This document shows, piece after piece, positions 58,838-64,000 of a DNA stretch of 64,000 nucleotides. The notes below the pieces were generated by a model. That model did not search any database and was not told the DNA's origin. It saw only the letters and a program-made list of their open reading frames with translations. The stretch covers positions 224,001-288,000 of the forward strand of contig OZ244188.1 in the NCBI GenBank assembly GCA_965216635.1, read 5' to 3'. The DNA is from a bacterium. GTDB taxonomy: Bacteria > SAR324 > XYD2-FULL-50-16 > G965216635. Each line of letters begins with the position of its first letter. Within the stretch, counting starts at the first letter, position 1. A program made the position numbers and the translations under genes.

Positions 58838-58922
58838 TCTAGGAGTGCATTTTTATTTTTATCTATTCCAGAGAGATTTTGCGCTAATGTTTTGTTTAGC
58901 ACCAATGTATTAAATAATTTTA

Positions 58923-59016
58923 CTTTAAAAAGTTATTAAACTATTGATTTAGCTGAATAAAATAATAAAAAACTGTGTGCTAAACGGCTAGTTTTTAAGG
59001 AAAATAGTTTATTTTC
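58923..59016 (-). repeat. Diverged copy of the moaE downstream intergenic region (60958-61049)
   Basis: AAACTATTGATTTA(G/A)CTGAATAAAATAATAAAAAACT..GCTAAACG shared. Confidence 0.85.
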
Positions 59017-59066
59017 TGGTTGTTTTCTAAACTTGTAAATCACTAATGTAATGCTTTTGTATTGTA

Positions 59067-59341
59067 TAGACTTTTGAATTTGCATTCTGTTTAGCCTATG
59101 CAAGCTTATTGCTTTCACCCTATACAGGCTTTAGCAAAAGAGCCATTGGCTCTTTTGCAGTCTATCTTGTGTTAGCTTTAAGTTTTGTAATGCATTGCAC
59201 TACGGCATTAAATTTTTTTTTTTAACTCTTGAAATACTTACACATTCCTACGAGCTAAAATTTTTTTTTTCGCACCTGCTCTAACCATTTGGCTAGCCGT
59301 CACAGCTGGTTTTGTCCTATTTGGCGAAATTCAAAGGTTTA
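59067..59341. mobile_element. Long MITE copy overlapping the plsC 3' end
   Basis: Family TIRs; reverse orientation relative to 6205-6460. Confidence 0.85.
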
Positions 59342-60054
59342 TTGTATAAAACTTTTGCTTCTTCTAAACCTGCTACCATTCTTTGGTGGCAGGCTTTTAT
59401 AAATAACTCTAGACTGGAATAATTTTTAGGATATACAAACCCGCAGTTATAGACCACAATCTTTTTTCCAAGAACAGGAAATGTCTTATTGCTCGGTAAA
59501 ATCAGGTGGCTACCGTAATGTGCTAAAATAAGTGTTGCGACTTGATGATGGTAATAAAAATCAATCAACCCTCGTTTGAAAGGTGCCAATTTTTTACCAT
59601 TTCCTCTAGTTCCTTCAGGGAATATACACAGGGGTATTTTTTGTTTTAGCCTTTGCTCGCATTTTAATTTAACCCTACAAAAACTGGCAATGCTAGAACG
59701 CTTTAAACTGATAGAGCCTAAAAGTTTTTGATTCCATCCAAAAAAAGGTATTGCTAAGGAATATTTTGTAATAAAGCCACAGCCAAAAAAACACATAATA
59801 ATACTAGCATCCATAGAAGATTGATGATTGGTAAAGATTATTAGAGGTTTTGTTTTTAGAGGAGTCTCTTCGTAATAATGTAACTTAATTCCAAAACCAG
59901 TTAGTAGACTTTTACACCAAATCTTTGCGGGTATCCTTGAAATTTTCGCTTGCCATTTTTGAGGTAAAAAATACACCCAAAAAAGTACTATTGGAATGAA
60001 TAAAAAAAATAGTAATGCTATAAGAGCAAAAATTAGATTGAATTTCATTTTCAT
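59317..60054 (-). CDS. plsC: 1-acyl-sn-glycerol-3-phosphate acyltransferase
   Basis: NHQSSMD, FPEGTR, PFKRG. Confidence 0.85.
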   Translation of the reverse strand: MKMKFNLIFALIALLFFLFIPIVLFWVYFLPQKWQAKISRIPAKIWCKSLLTGFGIKLHYYEETPLKTKPLIIFTNHQSSMDASIIMCFFGCGFITKYSLAIPFFGWNQKLLGSISLKRSSIASFCRVKLKCEQRLKQKIPLCIFPEGTRGNGKKLAPFKRGLIDFYYHHQVATLILAHYGSHLILPSNKTFPVLGKKIVVYNCGFVYPKNYSSLELFIKACHQRMVAGLEEAKVLYNKPLNFAK

Positions 60055-60099
60055 TGATTTTACTTATACAAATTACAAATTGGAATTTTAAAGGAAAAA

Positions 60100-60654
60100 C
60101 TAATATAGAGCAACTATTTTTTTAGGGTGAGTTCTTTTATTTTTAGGAATTAGCTGTAGCGATTCTTGTAGAGTTAAATCTGTATTAGGCTGTTTGAAAT
60201 CTGGTGCTATTTCTAACAAGGGCAATAAAAAAAAATCTCTATTCAAAAAGTCATAGTGCGGTATGGTAAGAGTTTTGGTTGTTATAATTTTTTTTCCAAA
60301 AAAAAGTAGGTCTACATCTATTGTTCTGGCTTGTCCTTTTTTCCTCAAACTTTTTCTGCCTAGTTTTTTTTCAATTTCTTGAGTTATTTTAAGAACTTCC
60401 CAAACGTCTTTTTCTGTTGTAAAAGAAAGCACACAGTTATAATAATTTTCTTGATAAAAATTGGCGTAGGGTTGAGTTTCATAGAGCGAGGAAATTTTTA
60501 ATTTTCCAAAGTTTTCTTGAAGTAGATTTAAGGCTTGTAGGATGTAATTTTTTCTAGGTTTAATGTTACTGCCTAATGCAAGAAAAACTTGGGAGTTCAA
60601 AATTCTAAATATGGTAACTAGGGGAGATTCTTTGAAAAATTTCATCAACCACAT
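60100..60654 (-). CDS. folK: HPPK (7,8-dihydropterin pyrophosphokinase); start uncertain
   Basis: ALGSN, SSLYET.P, IEKKLGR, RTIDVDLL, IPH. Confidence 0.92.
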   Translation of the reverse strand: MWLMKFFKESPLVTIFRILNSQVFLALGSNIKPRKNYILQALNLLQENFGKLKISSLYETQPYANFYQENYYNCVLSFTTEKDVWEVLKITQEIEKKLGRKSLRKKGQARTIDVDLLFFGKKIITTKTLTIPHYDFLNRDFFLLPLLEIAPDFKQPNTDLTLQESLQLIPKNKRTHPKKIVALY

Positions 60655-60940
60655 TGGAAAGGTTTTTAGGCAATGTTATAAATAGATTATCTTTTTCTCC
60701 TTCCCAATAGGTTTCTTCTAGAGAACGACCGTGATCAGACACTTTTTGGTAGGTGAACCATTGCGATTTTTTGTAAATTTGGAGCTTTTTTCTTACCCAA
60801 GCGGAGTGCGATTTTTCCCAGATAGTACGAAAATCTGTTTTTCCCCAAATAAAATAGACTTCTAAAATTCCCGTTTTTCTTTCTAATTTAAAAATATGGT
60901 AGTTTTCGTTATCTACGGTAATGGTTTTTAATTGTTTCAT
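60605..60940 (-). CDS. Hypothetical protein
   Basis: 111-aa ORF in operon orientation; no motif recognised. Confidence 0.5.
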   Translation of the reverse strand: MKQLKTITVDNENYHIFKLERKTGILEVYFIWGKTDFRTIWEKSHSAWVRKKLQIYKKSQWFTYQKVSDHGRSLEETYWEGEKDNLFITLPKNLSNVVDEIFQRISPSYHI

Positions 60941-61041
60941 TTTCTAATTAGCCGTTTCTTTAAAAGTCATCAAACTATTGATTTAACTGAATAAAATAAT
61001 AAAAAACTATGCTAAACGATCAATTTCTAAGGGAAAACTAA

Positions 61042-61467
61042 TTATTTCCATTGAAATGAATCATCTTTAAAAACTTCCTTTTTCCAAATCGGTACTTTTT
61101 TTTTTATCATTTCTACACATTGTTCGCAGGCTAAAAAACTCTCTCTACGATGAGTCGCAGCTGCGACTACAAAAAGGCTGCACTCACAAGGTTTTACTTC
61201 ACCCAAACGGTGTACAATAATCATTTTTTTAACAGGGTAGCAGGTTTTGATTTCTGTAATAATTTTTTCTAAATTTATCTTTGCTAATTCAAGATAAGTC
61301 TCATAAAAAAGGTGTTGGAGTTTTTCGTCTGTATTTTGTCTGACAATCCCAGAGAAACAACAAACAGCACCTATATAATCACTTACTGCTTTTTGATAAT
61401 ACTGTTCTATTTTTATCGGGTTTGTGTTTAATTTTATAATATCCATAATCCTGTAACGATAATTCAA
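61042..61467 (-). CDS. moaE: Molybdopterin synthase catalytic subunit
   Basis: GA...F.G.VR, HRLG, HR.E.F, K..VPIWKKE. Confidence 0.9.
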   Translation of the reverse strand: MNYRYRIMDIIKLNTNPIKIEQYYQKAVSDYIGAVCCFSGIVRQNTDEKLQHLFYETYLELAKINLEKIITEIKTCYPVKKMIIVHRLGEVKPCECSLFVVAAATHRRESFLACEQCVEMIKKKVPIWKKEVFKDDSFQWK

Positions 61468-61491
61468 AGCTCTCGCAATGATTTAAAAATG

Positions 61492-63027
61492 CTAATTTAT
61501 TGAAAGGTTTTTCCAGTTTTCTAATAGATATACCAAAAGTCTCACTCCGAAACCTGTAGCCCCCTCAGTATGGTAATCTTGTTTTCCATCCCAAGCTGTG
61601 CCTGCTATATCTAGGTGTGCCCAAGGTATTTTTGCAGTAAAATTTTTTAAAAACATACCTGCAGTAATTGCTCCTCCCTCTCTACCGCCTATGTTTTTTA
61701 AATCGCTATAGGTTCCTTTAATTTGCGTTTGATATTCTTCATCTATGGGAAGTCTCCAGACTTTATCCCCTGTGATTTTACCGTATTTTTTGAGTTGTTC
61801 AGCTAGAGAATCATTATCGGACATAAGTCCGCAGTTGTGTTTGCCTAGTGCTATTACACAGGCTCCTGTTAGAGTTGCTAAATCAATGATTGCGGTGGGT
61901 TTGAACTTTTTAGCCCCGTAGGCTAAAGCATCGGCTAATATCAATCTACCTTCAGCATCTGTGTTGGCGACTTCTATCGTTTTTCCATTATAGGCAGTAA
62001 TTATATCACCGGGTTTTAAAGCAGAACCATTGACTAAATTCTCAGAAGTGGGAATTAAAGCGGTGACATTAACATCAGGTTGTATTTTTCCAATAGCCTT
62101 CATTGCTCCTAAAACCGCTGCTCCGCCACACATATCAAATTTCATTTCTTCCATATTTAAGGAAGGTTTGATGCTAATTCCTCCACAATCAAAGGTTAGT
62201 CCTTTACCTACAAGCAGAACTGTATCTTTATTTTTTTGAGAGCATTTATATTCCATTATAACCAGATAGGGATCTTTGGATGAACCTTGCGACACCCCTA
62301 AAATACAATTCATTTTTTCTTTTTTGAGTTTTTTTTTATCCAAAAAAGTGGTTTTTATTTTTCCCTCTTTAGCAATTTTTTGTGCTTCTTTCAAAAAAGA
62401 TTCGGGGTAAAAAAAGTTACCAGGGTCGTTGGCACAATCTCGTGCAAAACCGCAAGCAGAGGCTATAATTTCTGATTTTTCTGCGATCTTTTTTAATTCT
62501 GACTCTTTGAAATCAGATAATGCTCCTGTAGATAGTGCTCTTGTGAGATAAATTTGTTTTGGAGGATTGTTTTTTGTTTTGGAAAGAAATTTTTTGTATT
62601 GGTAACTACCAAGCAAAATCCCTTCTAACAACGTTTGTAAATTCATCGGACTCCATCGCTTCTGTTTATTTGGAATGATGATATTTACATTTTTTGCATC
62701 TTTGGATAGAATTTTTTTACCAATTTTCCCGCCTAGTTTTAAAAAATCATGAGTTTGTTCTAGTTTTTCTGTAGCTGCTAGCAGATATTGTTTTTCTTCA
62801 TAAAAAGTACAAAGTAATTTTGTTTTTTCTGTAGCCTGATGCTCTAGGGTTTTTTCTAATAATTTTTTTGTCTGTATCGCAGAACAAAGAAGTTTCTTGT
62901 TTTTGTCAAAGAATATCACTTCAATGGGGGCATTGTTATTTTTATTAAGGGCAAATTTCATAGTTTTATTGTTTGAGTTTTTCAAATACATTTTCTTTGA
63001 GTATAGGGTAAATAATTTAAAAATCAA
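61492..63027 (-). CDS. pepA: Leucyl aminopeptidase (M17); true start probably near 62961-62991
   Basis: GKGLTFDCGG, MKFDMCG, NTDAEGRL, HLDIAG. Confidence 0.93.
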   Translation of the reverse strand: MIFKLFTLYSKKMYLKNSNNKTMKFALNKNNNAPIEVIFFDKNKKLLCSAIQTKKLLEKTLEHQATEKTKLLCTFYEEKQYLLAATEKLEQTHDFLKLGGKIGKKILSKDAKNVNIIIPNKQKRWSPMNLQTLLEGILLGSYQYKKFLSKTKNNPPKQIYLTRALSTGALSDFKESELKKIAEKSEIIASACGFARDCANDPGNFFYPESFLKEAQKIAKEGKIKTTFLDKKKLKKEKMNCILGVSQGSSKDPYLVIMEYKCSQKNKDTVLLVGKGLTFDCGGISIKPSLNMEEMKFDMCGGAAVLGAMKAIGKIQPDVNVTALIPTSENLVNGSALKPGDIITAYNGKTIEVANTDAEGRLILADALAYGAKKFKPTAIIDLATLTGACVIALGKHNCGLMSDNDSLAEQLKKYGKITGDKVWRLPIDEEYQTQIKGTYSDLKNIGGREGGAITAGMFLKNFTAKIPWAHLDIAGTAWDGKQDYHTEGATGFGVRLLVYLLENWKNLSIN

Positions 63028-63101
63028 TGAAATAAAATATTCCTCTAAAAAGGCACATTTTTTTCTTTATATTCTGTTATTACAAATTTTTAAAAGAAAC
63101 T

Positions 63102-64000
63102 ATGATTTTAGATAACATTAGAGACACAAGAGAGAAAAAAAAATCATTTTCACCATCTTTTGTTAGAAAAACTTGGGTTATTAAATGTTTCTTTTTCTTA
63201 ATATTCCTGTTGATTCTTACCCGCTCTTTAGAATTACAAATTTTTAAAACTAACGAGCTAGATCAAATGGCTATTAACCAGTACCAGAGATTTAAAAAAT
63301 TACAGACCCAAAGAGGTTCTATCTACGATTCTAAAGGGCAACTTTTATCTTCTTCTATACCTTATTATTCGGCTTTTATTTTGTTAAAACAAGTAGAGGA
63401 CAAACAAAATGTTATAGAAAAATTGGCTCGTATTTTACCACAAACAACAGAAGAAATTTCTAAAAAAATTTATTCTGGGAAAAAATTTATTTGGCTAGAA
63501 AAATTATTCCATTTTGAGCAAAAAAAAAAAATTGAGGATTTAAAACTAGTAGGAGTTCATGTGGTGCAGGATTTCCAGAGGTATTACCCCCTAGAAAATT
63601 TGGCTTCCCATATATTAGGATTTGTAGGCTACGATTCTCAAGGTTTGGAAGGGTTGGAGTATCATTTTAACGATCATCTTTTAGATGTTAAGGGAAGTGT
63701 AAATACGGAAAAAATCAAGGGTAAAGTTTTTGAAGGAGGTAAAATTTTTTTAACGATTGATGAAAATATACAGTATTTTGCTGAGAAGGAATTAAAAAAC
63801 CAAGTAGAAAAAATGCAAGCTTCCCGAGGGCAAGTGATTGTGATGGAGAGTAAAACTGCTTCCATTCTGGCTATGGCAAATTATCCTAGCTATAATCCCA
63901 ATCATTTTGCTGATTATTCCGCTCATAATTACTTCAATCGGACGGTAAATGCAGCTTATGAACCGGGTTCTACCTTTAAAGTTATCACACTAGCCGCTGC
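63102..64000 (+). CDS. ftsI: Class B penicillin-binding protein (FtsI-like), runs off the window edge
   Basis: N-terminal TM, RGSIYD..G, RYYP, GLEGLE, LTID..IQ, YEPGSTFK (SxxK); not in the ORF track. Confidence 0.85.
   Translation, partial: MILDNIRDTREKKKSFSPSFVRKTWVIKCFFFLIFLLILTRSLELQIFKTNELDQMAINQYQRFKKLQTQRGSIYDSKGQLLSSSIPYYSAFILLKQVEDKQNVIEKLARILPQTTEEISKKIYSGKKFIWLEKLFHFEQKKKIEDLKLVGVHVVQDFQRYYPLENLASHILGFVGYDSQGLEGLEYHFNDHLLDVKGSVNTEKIKGKVFEGGKIFLTIDENIQYFAEKELKNQVEKMQASRGQVIVMESKTASILAMANYPSYNPNHFADYSAHNYFNRTVNAAYEPGSTFKVITLAA

Noticed and set aside
58936..59118. 60-aa ORF upstream of darT
   Set aside because: Made of MITE end sequence plus the duplicated intergenic block; unlikely to be coding.
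839..63865. Numerous 60-150 aa antisense or nested ORFs in the ORF track (e.g. 5292-5729, 17881-18324, 34699-35049, 56515-56868)
   Set aside because: They overlap well-supported genes on the opposite strand or in another frame and show no motifs; treated as shadow ORFs.

Overview
AT-rich (roughly 30-33% GC by eye) chromosomal window from a Gram-negative bacterium; the lineage cannot be fixed without searches. The backbone is housekeeping: TRAP small permease, SDR, class III aminotransferase, PLP decarboxylase, mtaB, hemH, an alternative complex III operon (actABCDEF), SPFH/NfeD, hemL, folB, tRNA-Met, thyA, comM, folC, pcm, apaG, leuS, crcB, rpmF-plsX-fabDG-acpP-fabF-yggS, plsC, folK, moaE, pepA and a partial ftsI. 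Three unusual layers sit on it. (1) Defence and toxin-antitoxin cassettes are stacked in tandem between core genes and separated by short copies of the neighbouring core-gene ends: actC 5' end x3, thyA 5' end and comM 3' end each x3, and thyA 3'/tRNA/folB 5' x2. No integrase or transposase is present in the window, so this looks like recombination-driven cassette accretion. One stranded thyA end differs from the live gene only at synonymous sites, which suggests it is a second allele rather than a decayed duplicate. (2) Several outer-membrane beta-barrel proteins carry long loop insertions. One has a predicted 'stalk-and-knob' form: four 12-aa outgoing repeats, a 6-Cys domain and four 13-aa returning repeats. 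(3) A modular MITE/REP-like family (TIR TAGACCTTTGAATTTGC) occurs in at least 14 copies and supplies stop codons or C-termini to core genes. All family calls come from motif recognition by eye; no database searches were run.
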